64,000 bases of DNA from an uncultured delta proteobacterium (GCA_963843145.1 CAWJJC010000020.1:96001-160000), one strand, 5' to 3'; shown: positions 40,441 through 51,986, counted from the first letter of the stretch. The notes: a model not told the origin generated them from the letters alone. Made by a program: numbers and translations.

Positions 40441-40661
40441 ACTCAGGCCGCTGCCGGGGATTTGGCCGACACCTCCATCTTTCCAATCCGGCAATAACGC
40501 ATCGGTATTTGACCTTTCGGGCAGACCATCTTGGGCATACAATCCATAGTATTCGTCTTTTGAAGAGCTTGTCAATCTTATTCCCCCGTACGAGCCGGTC
40601 GGAATCAAGACCTTTGCTATTGATTTAAACGGCTTTCTTAGATACAGTAGAAAGAATCGGC

Positions 40662-42266
40662 ATGAACCCTTCCAGCAGAAAAAAAAATCCGAGCGATCAA
40701 ACCTTAAGCCCGGCGGATCTGGCCCAGTTGAAGGCCGCGGGAATCACTCCGGCCCAGGTCCGGCGCCAGCTCGCCCTGTTCCGGAAGGCCGGCCACCACC
40801 GGAAACTCCACCGGCCCTGTACCCTCGGAGACGGCATCCACCGGATCTCCGCGGTTGCAGCCCGATCCCTGATCCCCCTGCAGGAGGAAGCCGCCGGGGC
40901 CGGGCGGTTTCTGAAATTCGTGCCCGCCTCGGGGGCCGCCAGCCGGATGCTCGAGTCCCTGCATTATTACCATTACCAGTCGGAAATGCCCCGGATCGAA
41001 CAGATACGGAAAAGGGCCGCGCGGGGAGGTCAAAGAGCCCGTATGGTCATTCGCTTTCTGGAAGAATGGGAGCGCTTTCCCTTCTCGGCTGAACTGAAAG
41101 AAAAACTCCTGGAAGAGGGCCTTCAGCTCGGCCATCTGACCAAAGGGGACCGCTGGCGCAAGGTACTGAACCTGCTGTTGACCGACCGGGGTTTGAATTA
41201 CCAGGTGCTGCCCAAGGCCCTGATGAAATTCCACCGCTACCCCGACGAATCCCGTTCCGCCATGGAGGAACACCTGATCGAAGCCGCTGCCACCATCCGC
41301 GACGAAAAGGGCCGCGCCTTTCTCCATTTCACCCTCTCCCCCGAACACGAGGCTCTTTTTCTGGAAACCCTAGCTTCGGTGAAGCCCAAACACGAGGAGC
41401 GCTCCGGCACCCGGTTTGAGATCAGCTATTCCCACCAGGACCGCTCGACCGACACCATTGCCGTGGACCTGGAAGGCCGGCCGCTGCGGGAACCCGACGG
41501 CCGCCTGCACCTGCGGCCCGGGGGGCACGGGGCGCTGCTGCTCAATCTGAACCGACTGCGTGGGGACTTGGTCTACCTGAAAAATATCGACAACGTGGTG
41601 CCCGATCACTTGAAGGGCAGCACCATCGAATGGAAGAAAATCTTGGGGGGGTACCTGATCCAGGCCCAGCGGCAGGTGTTCCGGCACCTGGATAAACTTC
41701 AGCAGAAACCCGGGGACCAAAGAGGACAGGAGGCGGCCCTGGATTTTCTCCAGCAAGCCCTCTCCATCTCCAAACCGGAAGGGTTCTGGAATTGGCCGGC
41801 GGAGAACCGCAGGGAATTCCTGCTGAAAAAATTAAACCGACCGCTGCGGGTCTGCGGCGTAGTGAAGAACCAGGGTGAGCCGGGTGGGGGTCCCTTCTGG
41901 GTAAGGGGGCGGGACGGCAGCCTGACGCTACAAATCGTGGAAAGCGCTCAGGTGGACCTGGAGTCCGACCAGCAGCATGAAATCTGGTCTCGGGCCACCC
42001 ATTTCAATCCGGTCGACCTGGTCTGCTCACTCCGGGACTATCAGGGAAAACCATTCGATTTAAGGCGCTACGTCGATCCCGAGGCCGTCTTCATCACCCG
42101 GAAATCCAAAGGCGGCCAGGCGCTGCAGGCCCTGGAACTGCCCGGCCTGTGGAACGGGGCCATGGCCGACTGGATCACCCTCTTCGTCGAAGTCCCCCTC
42201 GAAACCTTCAACCCGGTCAAGACCCTGATGGATCTCCTCCGCCCCGAACACCAGCCCGAATTTTAA
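40662..42266 (+). CDS. DUF4301 family protein (nucleotidyltransferase-like)
   Basis: KFVPASGAASRM, RPGGHGALL, KNIDNV, GEPGGGPFW, ELPGLWNGAM. Confidence 0.88.
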   Translation: MNPSSRKKNPSDQTLSPADLAQLKAAGITPAQVRRQLALFRKAGHHRKLHRPCTLGDGIHRISAVAARSLIPLQEEAAGAGRFLKFVPASGAASRMLESLHYYHYQSEMPRIEQIRKRAARGGQRARMVIRFLEEWERFPFSAELKEKLLEEGLQLGHLTKGDRWRKVLNLLLTDRGLNYQVLPKALMKFHRYPDESRSAMEEHLIEAAATIRDEKGRAFLHFTLSPEHEALFLETLASVKPKHEERSGTRFEISYSHQDRSTDTIAVDLEGRPLREPDGRLHLRPGGHGALLLNLNRLRGDLVYLKNIDNVVPDHLKGSTIEWKKILGGYLIQAQRQVFRHLDKLQQKPGDQRGQEAALDFLQQALSISKPEGFWNWPAENRREFLLKKLNRPLRVCGVVKNQGEPGGGPFWVRGRDGSLTLQIVESAQVDLESDQQHEIWSRATHFNPVDLVCSLRDYQGKPFDLRRYVDPEAVFITRKSKGGQALQALELPGLWNGAMADWITLFVEVPLETFNPVKTLMDLLRPEHQPEF

Positions 42267-42295
42267 CCAAAAATAATTGATTGGCCAAGGGAAAG

Positions 42296-42416
42296 GTCGT
42301 AATTCCGGCGAAAGCCCTTCGGCTGGCTCAGGGCCATGAAGCTCTGTCGAATGGCCGGAATCCAGGACCGTTTATGCGGCCAATGCCCTGGATGCCGGAT
42401 CGAGTCCGGCAAGACA
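42296..42416. repeat. Composite REP-like element between convergent genes
   Basis: Reverse-complement relative of about 3773-3928. Confidence 0.75.
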
Positions 42417-42451
42417 AATTAAATAAGGAAGGAAGGGTTGTCTAAGGTTTT

Positions 42452-43363
42452 TCATCGCCGGTCGAACCGGCAACTGCTCCCCTGGACCGCCTTGGCGTAT
42501 TTCTTCAGTTCCGAGGCTACTTCGGCCATCTGCCCGTAGTGGATAAATTTCTTGATCCGATTGTCGGTCACTCCGATGGACAGGCTGATCAAGGGGAAGG
42601 TCCGCTCCCGGCCCCGGCGGTCCCGGGCCAGAATCGCCCCCCGCTCCCGGTCCTCGGGATCATAAAAGGTGGGAATAATTTGTTTGAGATGATCGATAAT
42701 CTCTCCGGCGATCTCCTCCGCCAGGGCCGGTTCGACGATAAAAACAAAATCATCTCCCCCGATATGGCCCACAAAACTCTTTTGGGACTGTCTTTGCTTG
42801 ACGATGTTCAAAATAAGGCGGCCCAGCATCTTCAGGACCTCGTCTCCCCGGCTGAACCCGTAGGTGTCGTTGTACGGTTTGAAATAATCAATATCCGCGT
42901 AGGCCAGGGCGAATATGTCTCCCCGGTCCAGCCGGCTTTGAATCTGTTTGATAATGGTGATATTGCCGGGCAGACGGGTTAAGGGGCTGACTTCCATGTT
43001 GCGTTCCGCCCGCAGGATGGAGAGCCCCGCCCGGGCGGCCAAATCCGTTTCCAGAAGCGACCGCCGCAGGTAATCATCGCATTTCAGTTCTTCCCATCCC
43101 GTAATGAAGTAATCATCCCCCAGCACGGCCAGGACCGGGACCTGCCCGAAAATAGGATCTTCCTTCAGGTCGGAAAGCAGCCGGGCCACCAGAGGATCGC
43201 CGGGGCGCAAGTCGATCAGGATCAGGTCCGGCAGGGAATGATAGATGTAATCCAGGGAGGACTGGATCTGGTAAAAACAGACCAGTTTATAGGCCTCGCC
43301 CAGGTGCTTTTCGACCAGGCCGGCCAGGGTCTGATCCCCGGTAATATGCACGATGGTCTGCAT
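42452..43363 (-). CDS. REC-like + GGDEF domain protein
   Basis: PLTRLPGN, DIDYFKPYND.YG..GD, HIGGDDF. Confidence 0.88.
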   Translation of the reverse strand: MQTIVHITGDQTLAGLVEKHLGEAYKLVCFYQIQSSLDYIYHSLPDLILIDLRPGDPLVARLLSDLKEDPIFGQVPVLAVLGDDYFITGWEELKCDDYLRRSLLETDLAARAGLSILRAERNMEVSPLTRLPGNITIIKQIQSRLDRGDIFALAYADIDYFKPYNDTYGFSRGDEVLKMLGRLILNIVKQRQSQKSFVGHIGGDDFVFIVEPALAEEIAGEIIDHLKQIIPTFYDPEDRERGAILARDRRGRERTFPLISLSIGVTDNRIKKFIHYGQMAEVASELKKYAKAVQGSSCRFDRR

Positions 43364-43369
43364 GGGGCT

Positions 43370-44203
43370 TTACTCCAGGGCTAAAAAGTCACCCGCCACA
43401 TCCAGGGAGTCGTCCAATTCCCTCAGGATGGCCCGGAGATCCTCTTCCGAGAGGTTGAGCAATTCCCAGGCCTGGGGATGGATGGCCGGGACAAAGGGGT
43501 CGCCGGCAAAACCGAATCCGCGGGCCCGCACCAGGATGTCCGACAAATGCACCACGGCAGTGGGTATCGGGACCTGCCGAGCCAAATGGGGTTTATGGTG
43601 GTACTCGATGATCTCGGTCAAGGCCGGTGGAAAATGCCATTTCAGCGCAATCCAGCCGCCGGCATCGGCGTGGTTGATCTCAAAAAATTCTTTTTCTCCC
43701 TGGAAGACGAATAACTCGCGCCGGGCTGCGTCTTCCAGGACCCGTTCATAATCCGCCGGGAACTTCAGGCTGAAGATGACCTTGCCGATATCGTGCAACA
43801 GGGCGGCTACCGCCACCTCATCGGGGTCTTTCAGCCCGATTTTCTGGCCGATAATCCGGGCGGCCGTGGCGCAACCCACCGAATGCTCCCAGAGCCCGGC
43901 CAGGGCCTTTTTCATCGCTTCAAACACCGACACCCCCAGCAGCAATCCGCGGATCAGATTCACCCCTAAAAGGACCAGGGACTGGTTGATCGAAGCGATC
44001 CGTCCCGGAAAGCCGTAAATGGGTGAATTTACCGCCCGCAAAACCCGGGTGGTCAGCACCGGATCGTTAGAGATAAAGTTGCCGATTTCTTTCAAGGAAA
44101 CCTTGGGGTTCTCAATGACCCGGAGCAGCTTGTGGAGGACACTGGGCAGGGTGGGCAGGGTCTCGATACTCTCAATTTCCCGACGTAAGGTTTTATAATC
44201 CAT
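43370..44203 (-). CDS. HDOD domain protein
   Basis: LPTLP, DPVLTTRVLRAVNSP, LLHDIGK, HADAG..W. Confidence 0.9.
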   Translation of the reverse strand: MDYKTLRREIESIETLPTLPSVLHKLLRVIENPKVSLKEIGNFISNDPVLTTRVLRAVNSPIYGFPGRIASINQSLVLLGVNLIRGLLLGVSVFEAMKKALAGLWEHSVGCATAARIIGQKIGLKDPDEVAVAALLHDIGKVIFSLKFPADYERVLEDAARRELFVFQGEKEFFEINHADAGGWIALKWHFPPALTEIIEYHHKPHLARQVPIPTAVVHLSDILVRARGFGFAGDPFVPAIHPQAWELLNLSEEDLRAILRELDDSLDVAGDFLALE

Positions 44204-44501
44204 CGTCTTCGTACAATCCGGCGATATGGTCGGCCAGGATCCTTTTCAGTTCCACCATGTGAGGTTCTGTTTCGGTTTTTTGGAAACGATACTCCAATTC
44301 GGAAAGCAGGACTTCCAGCGACCGGGTGGGTAAGGTGCCGCCCCGCACAAAAACGCTTTCGATCTCCATTTTATGGAGCCGCTCGATCAGCTCCTCGGTT
44401 AATTCCAGTCCTTCGGTCAGCAAAACCATGCCGCTGGAGTTGGTCACCGCTTTCAAGAGCCGCATTCCGGGTTTAAGATCACTAATAATCCGCTTGGGCA
44501 A
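44193..44501 (-). CDS. Hypothetical protein, partner of the HDOD gene
   Basis: LKPGMRL..V.NSSGMVLL.EG.ELTE; overlaps the HDOD start. Confidence 0.65.
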   Translation of the reverse strand: MPKRIISDLKPGMRLLKAVTNSSGMVLLTEGLELTEELIERLHKMEIESVFVRGGTLPTRSLEVLLSELEYRFQKTETEPHMVELKRILADHIAGLYEDDGL

Positions 44502-44616
44502 TTTTCGTGCTCCTTAATGTAAAAATAGAAATATACCATTTTTTTGAATCAATTGGAACGCCTTTCCCTAAATCAACCTGCTTCAGACAATCTTTGACAT
44601 CCCACGGGTATTTGTT

Positions 44617-45895
44617 ATGATGGCCGATCGTTCCAGACAGGAACCCTTCATGCCCCTTCACTATTATCATCGAGTCTGGCTGGTCCTGATCTTCGGTTGG
44701 ATCAGTAATTATATGGTCCGGGTGGCCCTTTCGCCGGTGCTCCTCCCGCTGATGAAAGAATTTTCGTTGAGTTACGCCCAAGCCGGCCTTTTGGCCAGCG
44801 CGGTGTTTTACTCTTACGCCCTGATGCAGTTCCCGGCCGGCTATCTGGGCGACCGTTTCGGAAAAAAACGCATCCTCATCCTCTGCATCTTGGGGTGGGG
44901 ACTCTCGTCCCTGGCCATGGCGGCGGCGGCCTCCTTCGCCGCCCTGGTCCTGGTCCGTTTTCTGACCGGACTGGCCCAGGGGACCTACTTCAGCAACGAC
45001 CGGCCGATTATCGCCTACTACACTCCCAAGGAAAAGGCCGGGATCGGCCAGGGCATCTCTTTTATGGGGTTGGGCCTGGGAATGTGTCTTGGAATCCTGT
45101 TGGCCGGCTGGATTTCAGACCATTGGGGCTGGCGAGCCGTATTTCTTATTTTTTCCCTGCCCTCCCTGGCGGCCGCTTATTCCCTTTTCCGGGTGATTCG
45201 GGAACCACCCCGGGAAGCGATTGTTTCCGGAAAACCCAAGGGACCGTCCCTTTCCTGGATCTTTAGACACCGGGACCTGTGGCTGCTCTACCTGGGCGGC
45301 ATCCCGGGCATCTACGCCCTCTGGATGATCGGAACCTGGGCCCCGGCTATGTTGAAGGAGATCGGCGTTCGGACCGTGACCGGCGCTTCCCTTTACGCCA
45401 GCCTTTTAGGCCTGTCCGCCATCCCGGGTCTGGCCCTGACCGGCTGGCTCAGCGACCGTCTGGTTCGCCGAGGGAAGGGGCCGCAAAGGGCTGATCGCCT
45501 CGGAATTCCTGATGATCGCCCTGCTGCTGCTCATCTTCGGCCTGGGTATCCGGGGGCGCTGGGAGGCCTGGATCATGGGCGGACTGATTTTTATTATCGG
45601 GATGGTCGTTTGGGGCCATTGGGCGGCTTATTATTCCCTGATCTCGGAATTGGTCCCCCAATCTATCTTAGGGACGGTTTTCGGCTTCACCAATTCCATC
45701 CATTTCATCGGCGGCCTGCTGGCCCCCTGGCTCACCGGGTGGATCAAGGATGCCACCCACTCTTTTGCCTCCGCCTGCTATGGAGCCGCGGTCTTCGCCT
45801 TTATGGGGGCGTTGATCCTCTTTTCGGTCCGGCCTGCTTTTCGCTGGAAGCCGGAGATTCCGCTAAGTGGTTCATTCCACGAGGATAGCGGTTGA
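44617..45895 (+). CDS. MFS transporter with one frameshift near 45480 (probably a homopolymer error)
   Basis: GYLGDRFGKKR motif A; the C-terminal TMs continue in ORF 45512-45895. Confidence 0.85.
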
Positions 45896-45974
45896 TTACC
45901 TCGCAAACAGTCCATCAGAGAAGGCTTGCCATTTTTTCATTGACATTTTTCTTCAGTCCGCTAACATTATTATC

Positions 45975-46137
45975 GGCAATCTGGGGTAGTTCGCTAGAAC
46001 TTTAAAAGGGAAGATGGTGTAATTCCATCACGGACCCGCCGCTGTGACCGGGGACGAAAGCCGCAAGAGCCACTGTTCGTTACGGACGGGAAGGCGCGGC
46101 CGGTAGAGAGATCCGGAAGTCAGAAGACCTGCCCAGC
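45975..46137 (+). ncRNA. Cobalamin (B12) riboswitch
   Basis: AAAAGGGAA..GGTGTAATTCC..CCCGCCGCTGT..GCCACTG..GGGAAGG..AGTCAGAAGACCTGCC B12 box, upstream of the cob operon. Confidence 0.95.
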
Positions 46138-46199
46138 AGAATCTGGAATTTTACCCTCGCGGATATAGGGTTGCCTTTTGGGAGGATAGAAAACGGTAT

Positions 46200-46240
46200 C
46201 CCCGAAACCATTGGATTGGTTTCGGGGTTTTTTGTTTTAT
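46200..46240 (+). terminator. Riboswitch-associated intrinsic terminator
   Basis: ccccgaaacca-ttggat-tggtttcgggg followed by a T run. Confidence 0.85.
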
Positions 46241-46372
46241 TTTCTTCGAAAATAAAATCAAGTTTCGCTTCAAGGTTAGCCCGAGCATTTGCTCATTTTA
46301 GTCATGCCGGACTCGATCCGGCATCCAGGAAACGGGGAAATCAGAACCCTAATAACAAGGAAGCCAGACAAA

Positions 46373-48955
46373 ATGTCAGACAACAACTTTGGACATGGCG
46401 GCTATATCAATCGGTTAGCCCGACAAGCCGGGCTCAGGCCCGACCAGGTGCTTGATTTTTCAGCGAATATCAATCCCCTGGGACCGCCGGAATGGTTCCG
46501 CTCGCTGATTAGTTCCCAATTAAGCTCCCTGGTCCATTATCCGGACCCGGAATGCTCCCCCCTGGTCGAAGCCATCGCCAAGCATTACCGGACTGACTCC
46601 CGGGAAATCGTGGTGGGGAACGGGTCCTCCGAACTGTTGTATCTGCTTCCCCGGGCCCTGCCTGTTACTAAAGCCCTGATCGCGGTTCCCGCCTATAGCG
46701 ATTATGCCCGGGCCGCTCAAATCGCCGGCCTGCCTATTGTCTGGCACCATTTAAAAGAATCCGCGGGGTTCAGACTGGACCCGAGTCAACTGGAGGACCA
46801 AATCTCCGAAGGAGGACTGGTCATCCTCGGCCAGCCCAACAACCCGACCGGCTTGACCTTCGATCCCCTGGCCTTACGGGCCTTGGCCGCCCGGCATCCC
46901 CAGACCTGTTTCCTGGTCGACGAGGCCTTTGCCGATTTCGTAGAAGGCCTGGACAGCCTGGCCCGGAATCGCCCTCCCAATGTGATCGTCCTCCTTTCCT
47001 TCACCAAATTCTACGCCGTCCCGGGCTTGCGATTGGGCAGCGCCCTCCTGGCGCCGGACTGGGCCCGAAAAATCCAGGAATTACGCCCACCCTGGACCGT
47101 CAATACCCTGGCCCAGCAATTCGGGGCGGACGCCCTGAGGGACCTGGAATATGAAGAGGCCAGCCGGGCCTATGTCCAGGAACAGCGTCTTCTTTTATTC
47201 CGAGCCCTCACGGCCATCCCTTATTTGACCGTTTATCCCGGTGAGGCCAATTTTCTTTTCCTGCGTTCCGACCATCCGAAGCTAAAAGCCCCCGAATTGG
47301 CCCGCAAGCTGCTAACCGCAGGGATCGCCATTCGGGTTTGCGCCAATTACCAGAGTTTGGATGACCGCTATTTCCGGGTGGCGGTGCGAACGGAGGCCGA
47401 AAATCAGCGGCTGGCTGACGCCCTGAAAGCCGTTCTAGCCAATACCAAAGCCCCCCGGCTAAAACGCCCCAAAACACCGGCCCTTATGTTTCAGGGGACC
47501 AGTTCCAACGCCGGCAAGAGCGTGTTGACCGCGGCGCTGTGCCGGATACTCCTTCAGGACGGTTTTCGGGTGGCGCCTTTCAAGGCCCAGAATATGTCGC
47601 TCAACTCCTTTGTCACCCCTGACGGCGGGGAGATGGGCCGGGCCCAGGTGGTTCAGGCTCAGGCCAGCCGACTGGACCCGGACGTGCGCATGAATCCGGT
47701 GCTGCTCAAACCCAGCAGCGACACCGGCGCCCAGGTAATCGTCCACGGCCGGCCGGTGGGTAATATGGACGTGAACCAATATATCGCTTACAAGCCCCAG
47801 GCCCTGATCCGGGTCCAGGAGGCCTATGATTCCCTGGCCGGGGAATTCGAGGTCATCGTCCTGGAAGGGGCCGGCAGTCCGGCCGAAGTCAATTTAAAAC
47901 ACCACGATATCGTCAATATGCGCATGGCCGATTACGCCGGCGCCCCGGTCCTGCTGGTGGGCGATATCGACCGGGGCGGGGTCTTTGCCTCTTTTATCGG
48001 GACCATGGAAGTTCTGGCCGAATGGGAACGCCGGCTGGTGGCCGGGTTTATCGTCAATCGTTTCCGGGGCCAGGAAAAACTGCTGGAACCGGCTTTTCAG
48101 TACACGGAGCGGCATACCGGCCGACCGGTTTTGGGGACCGTGCCTTATTTGAAAGATCATGGCCTGCCGGAAGAAGATTCAGTCAGTTTCAAGAGCGGCC
48201 AATGGGACCAGACGCTGGGGTCGGAAGCCGGGGTGGAGATCGCCCTGATCGATCTGCCGCATATTTCCAATTTCACGGACTTTGACTCCCTGCGGGTTGA
48301 ACCGGATGTGACCCTGCGCGTCGTCCGCGGCGCGCAGGACTTGAATTGTCCGGACGCGGTGATCATCCCGGGCAGCAAAAACGTTATCGGCGACCTGATC
48401 TATTTACAGGAAAGCGGCCTGGGACAGCGCTTGAACCAAATGGCCCGGGAAGGCCGAACGGAGATGGTGGGGGTTTGCGGCGGTTTTCAGATATTAGGCC
48501 GGGAGATCGCCGATCCTTACGGAATCGAATCCGAGGGCCGCTCTCTCCGGGGATTGGGGCTGCTGCCGGTGACCACGGTCCTCGAACAGGAGAAAACGCT
48601 GGTTCGGGTCCGGGCCAAACACCTGCCCTCCGGGCATGATCTGTACGGCTATGAAATCCATCACGGCCGGACCGACGGCCAGGGACTGCAGCCCGTCGTC
48701 CGCCGGGAAGACGGCGAAGTGATCGGGATCGGTCTGGATCAGGAACGGATTTGGGGGACCTATCTCCACGGGCTATTCGATGCCGACGCCTTCCGCCGCT
48801 GGTTCATCGACCGCCTGCGGGCGCGCCGGGGCCTTCCGGTGGACGGACGGATACGGGCCGTTTACAACCTGGAATCGGCCCTGGACCGGCTGGCGGAGAC
48901 GGTCCGCCGGAGCTTGCGGATGGATGCGATCTATCAGCTGATGGGACTGAAATAA
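46373..48955 (+). CDS. cobQ: Fused L-threonine-O-3-phosphate decarboxylase (CobD) - cobyric acid synthase (CobQ/CbiP)
   Basis: [13 protein letters not shown] and SFTKFY (CobD); [24 protein letters not shown] (CobQ). Confidence 0.93.
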   Translation: MSDNNFGHGGYINRLARQAGLRPDQVLDFSANINPLGPPEWFRSLISSQLSSLVHYPDPECSPLVEAIAKHYRTDSREIVVGNGSSELLYLLPRALPVTKALIAVPAYSDYARAAQIAGLPIVWHHLKESAGFRLDPSQLEDQISEGGLVILGQPNNPTGLTFDPLALRALAARHPQTCFLVDEAFADFVEGLDSLARNRPPNVIVLLSFTKFYAVPGLRLGSALLAPDWARKIQELRPPWTVNTLAQQFGADALRDLEYEEASRAYVQEQRLLLFRALTAIPYLTVYPGEANFLFLRSDHPKLKAPELARKLLTAGIAIRVCANYQSLDDRYFRVAVRTEAENQRLADALKAVLANTKAPRLKRPKTPALMFQGTSSNAGKSVLTAALCRILLQDGFRVAPFKAQNMSLNSFVTPDGGEMGRAQVVQAQASRLDPDVRMNPVLLKPSSDTGAQVIVHGRPVGNMDVNQYIAYKPQALIRVQEAYDSLAGEFEVIVLEGAGSPAEVNLKHHDIVNMRMADYAGAPVLLVGDIDRGGVFASFIGTMEVLAEWERRLVAGFIVNRFRGQEKLLEPAFQYTERHTGRPVLGTVPYLKDHGLPEEDSVSFKSGQWDQTLGSEAGVEIALIDLPHISNFTDFDSLRVEPDVTLRVVRGAQDLNCPDAVIIPGSKNVIGDLIYLQESGLGQRLNQMAREGRTEMVGVCGGFQILGREIADPYGIESEGRSLRGLGLLPVTTVLEQEKTLVRVRAKHLPSGHDLYGYEIHHGRTDGQGLQPVVRREDGEVIGIGLDQERIWGTYLHGLFDADAFRRWFIDRLRARRGLPVDGRIRAVYNLESALDRLAETVRRSLRMDAIYQLMGLK

Positions 48956-48981
48956 AGCCAACCCCGGATAAAAGAATGGCT

Positions 48982-49119
48982 AAATTCGAAACTCGAAGCA
49001 CGAAATTCGAAACAAGCACGAATGTCCAAAATACAAAGGTTCAAAACAGGACCGTTTTGGATTTTGATATTCGGTCATTTGAATTTGTTTCGGATTTCGG
49101 ATTTCGGATTTCGGATTTT
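48982..49119. repeat. Heptamer-arm palindrome (CGAAAT family) between cobQ and cobO
   Basis: aaattcgaaactcgaagcacgaaattcgaaac...gtttcggatttcggatttcggatttcggattt. Confidence 0.85.
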
Positions 49120-49153
49120 TACCCTAAACGAATTTGGAACCGTTAATTCTGGC

Positions 49154-49684
49154 ATGAATAATATTCACGGACGTCTGCTCATTTTCACCGGGGACGGCAA
49201 GGGTAAGACTACCGCCGCCCTGGGGATGGCCTTGCGGGCCGTGGGCCACGGGCAGGGGGTTTTGATCCTGCAGTTTATCAAGGCCAATACTTATAGCGGC
49301 GAATTGACGGCCCTGAAAAATCTTCCCGGGATAGAACTCCTTCAAATGGGCCGGGGTTTCCTGGTCCCGCCGGAAGACCCCCGGTTTGACGAACACCGCC
49401 GGGCCGCGGAAGAGGCGCTGAAAAAAGCGGTGGAAATTTTGGAAGCCGGGAGGCATCGGTTGATCATTTTGGATGAGGTCTGCACGGCAGTTAAAAAAAA
49501 CCTGCTGACAGAAGAAGAGGTGATGGCGGCGGTCTCCCGGAGAAAGGGAAACGCGGTTTTGGTTCTCACCGGGCGAGGGGCCGGTCCCGGCTTGACGGCC
49601 CTGGCCGACACCGTGACCGAAATGCGCAGTCTCAAGCATGGACTTACCGCCGGCTGGAAGGCCCAGGAAGGGGTTGAATTTTGA
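49154..49684 (+). CDS. cobO: Cob(I)yrinic acid a,c-diamide adenosyltransferase
   Basis: TGDGKGKTTAALG, QFIK, ILDE, VLTGR. Confidence 0.92.
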   Translation: MNNIHGRLLIFTGDGKGKTTAALGMALRAVGHGQGVLILQFIKANTYSGELTALKNLPGIELLQMGRGFLVPPEDPRFDEHRRAAEEALKKAVEILEAGRHRLIILDEVCTAVKKNLLTEEEVMAAVSRRKGNAVLVLTGRGAGPGLTALADTVTEMRSLKHGLTAGWKAQEGVEF

Positions 49685-51072
49685 CCTGTTCCATCCCCCG
49701 GATCGTTGTGGCCGGCACCCAGAGCGGGGTTGGAAAAACCTCCCTGACCCTGGCCCTGGTGGCGGCCCTCAGCCAGCGAGGGCTGCGGGTTCAGACCTTC
49801 AAAGTCGGTCCTGATTTTCTGGACCCCTCTTATCTGACCATCGCCTCGGGAAGACCCTGTTATAACCTGGACGGCTGGATGACCGATCAGGTCTATCTCC
49901 TCCGGCTTTTCGAGCGGACCACCCGGAACGCCGATCTGGCCGTGGTAGAAGGAGTCATGGGCCTCTTTGACGGAGCCGACCCGGCCACCTCGGAAGGGAG
50001 CACCGCCGAGATCGCCCGCTGGCTGCAAGCGCCGGTGCTGCTGGTGGTCAATGCCCACGGGATGGCCCGCAGCATCGCCGCTCTGGTCAAGGGGTACGAA
50101 GAGTTCGATCCCGAACTCCGGATAGCCGGGGTGCTGGCCAATTATTCCGGCACCGACCGCCACCGGGAATGGATCAGCGCCTCCCTGGCCTCGGCCTCCC
50201 TGCCTCCTTTGCTGGGGGCCATTCCCCGGGGGGCCTTCCCCAATCTTCCCAGCCGTCACCTGGGTCTGGTGACCGCCGACCGGCACAACCTGTCCGCCAC
50301 CATCCTGGATGAACTGGCGGCCGTCGTGGACCGGCAGACGCGCTTGGAGCAAATTCTGGACGCGGCCCGCCAGGCCCCGGCCCTGTCTTTCCCCGCACCG
50401 CCGCCCGAAATCCCGCCTCCCTTCGAAGCGGTGCCCATCGGGATAGCCCGGGACCAGGCCTTTCACTTTTACTATCAGGATAATCTGGATGAATTGACTC
50501 GGCAGGGAGCCGCCCTGATCCCCTGCTCTCCCCTGGCCGATGAACACTTGCCTTCCGGTTTAAAAGCCTTATACTTTGGAGGTGGCTATCCCGAAGAATA
50601 TGCCCAAGCCCTGTCCGCTAATCGGCCTTTTCTCGAGGATATCCGTCGGTGGGCTGAATCCGGCCGCCCCCTTTATGCCGAATGCGGCGGCTTGATGTAT
50701 CTCACCCAGGGGATAGAGACCCGGGACGGGAAGAAATACCCCCTGGCCGGGCTTCTGCCGGCCTGGACCCGGATGTTGGAACGTTTAAAAACCTTGGGTT
50801 ATGTGGAAGTCTCCCTGGCCCGGGACACCCTCTTGGGCGGGAAGGGGGCTATTCTCAGGGGTCACGAATTTCATTACTCGGAACTACTGGAAGACCCGAC
50901 CCGTGACGGAGCATGGGCGGCGGCCTATCACCTGAAACGACGGCGTTCGATGGCCGGGGAACTGGAAGGCTTCCAGCACCGGCAAACGTTAGCCAGTTAT
51001 GTCCACCTGCACTGGGCCTCCCGCCCGGAAGCCGTTACGACCTTTATCCACCATTGCGGAGTTGCTTTATGA
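49681..51072 (+). CDS. cbiA: Cobyrinate a,c-diamide synthase
   Basis: SGVGKT, KVGPDFLDP, EGVMGLFDG, AECGGLMYL, GHEFHYS. Confidence 0.93.
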   Translation: MTCSIPRIVVAGTQSGVGKTSLTLALVAALSQRGLRVQTFKVGPDFLDPSYLTIASGRPCYNLDGWMTDQVYLLRLFERTTRNADLAVVEGVMGLFDGADPATSEGSTAEIARWLQAPVLLVVNAHGMARSIAALVKGYEEFDPELRIAGVLANYSGTDRHREWISASLASASLPPLLGAIPRGAFPNLPSRHLGLVTADRHNLSATILDELAAVVDRQTRLEQILDAARQAPALSFPAPPPEIPPPFEAVPIGIARDQAFHFYYQDNLDELTRQGAALIPCSPLADEHLPSGLKALYFGGGYPEEYAQALSANRPFLEDIRRWAESGRPLYAECGGLMYLTQGIETRDGKKYPLAGLLPAWTRMLERLKTLGYVEVSLARDTLLGGKGAILRGHEFHYSELLEDPTRDGAWAAAYHLKRRRSMAGELEGFQHRQTLASYVHLHWASRPEAVTTFIHHCGVAL

Positions 51073-51791
51073 CTTTAATCCAACCCAGCGATAATTCAAA
51101 AGCCAAGGATCAACGCATCCCGGTGATCCGTGATTTTTTGGCCGCCCCCTTCAACGGGGAAGAAATCGAGGCTCGGTCTTTTGCCGTGATCGACCGGGAA
51201 GCCCCTGAACACCCCTTCAGCCCCGGCGAATGGGAAGTGGTCCGGCGCATGATCCACACCGTCGGCGATTTTTCCATTATTCCCGACATCCGCTTTTCTC
51301 CGGGAGCCCTGGAGGCGGCTGTTTCGGCCCTGCGGGAGGGTCGCCTGATTTACTGCGATTCCAATATGATCCGTTCCGGTCTGTCTCTGGCTCGGTTGCG
51401 CCGGGTCAATCCCGGCTATGGACCGGAAAAAATTGTCTGCTATGTGGCGGATGAAGCGGTGGCCCGCGATTCCAAAGAATTGGGATTGCCCCGTTCCCTG
51501 TTGGGCATTCGGAAAGCCCGGCCCCTGTTGGAAGGGGCCATTGCGGTATTCGGCAATGCCCCCATCGCTCTGCTGGAATTGAATCGGATGATGGTGGAGG
51601 AAGGCCTGAAACCGGCCCTGGTCATCGGAATGCCGGTGGGTTTTGTTCATGTGGAGGAGAGCAAGCAGGAACTGCTGACGCTTCCGGTACCCTTCATTGC
51701 CCTGGTCGGGAGGCGCGGTGGAAGCCCGCTGGCGGTCAGCGTCGTGCATGCCCTCTGCACCCTGGCATTCAAGGAAGCCAAGGAGGGATAG
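51069..51791 (+). CDS. cbiC: Precorrin-8X methylmutase
   Basis: IEARSF, RMIH, GNAPIAL, GMPVGFV, GRRGGS. Confidence 0.92.
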   Translation: MTLIQPSDNSKAKDQRIPVIRDFLAAPFNGEEIEARSFAVIDREAPEHPFSPGEWEVVRRMIHTVGDFSIIPDIRFSPGALEAAVSALREGRLIYCDSNMIRSGLSLARLRRVNPGYGPEKIVCYVADEAVARDSKELGLPRSLLGIRKARPLLEGAIAVFGNAPIALLELNRMMVEEGLKPALVIGMPVGFVHVEESKQELLTLPVPFIALVGRRGGSPLAVSVVHALCTLAFKEAKEG

Positions 51792-51849
51792 ATTTCTCCT
51801 TTCGCAGGGCTTATGGTTTGTTTCAAATATTGGAACCGGCGGGATCTTT

Positions 51850-51986
51850 AAATTCGAAATCCGAATATCGAAATCCGAAACAAGCACGAAGGTCCAAAAT
51901 TCAAATGATCAAAACAAAAATATTTCGGATTTTGAGATTTGATCATTTGAATTTGTTTCGGATTTCGTGCTTCGAATTTCGAATTT
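51850..51986. repeat. Heptamer-arm palindrome (CGAAAT family) between cbiC and cbiX
   Basis: aaattcgaaatccgaatatcgaaatccgaaac...gtttcggatttcgtgcttcgaatttcgaattt. Confidence 0.85.

Noticed and set aside
46373-48955. CobD-CobQ fusion as a novelty
   Set aside because: Both halves are ordinary cobalamin enzymes, and I recall such fusions in other anaerobic deltaproteobacteria.
49342-50547. Long antisense ORFs (this one, 9484-10371, 51096-51887, 35507-36295 and others)
   Set aside because: Shadow frames of GC-rich genes, with no recognisable motifs.
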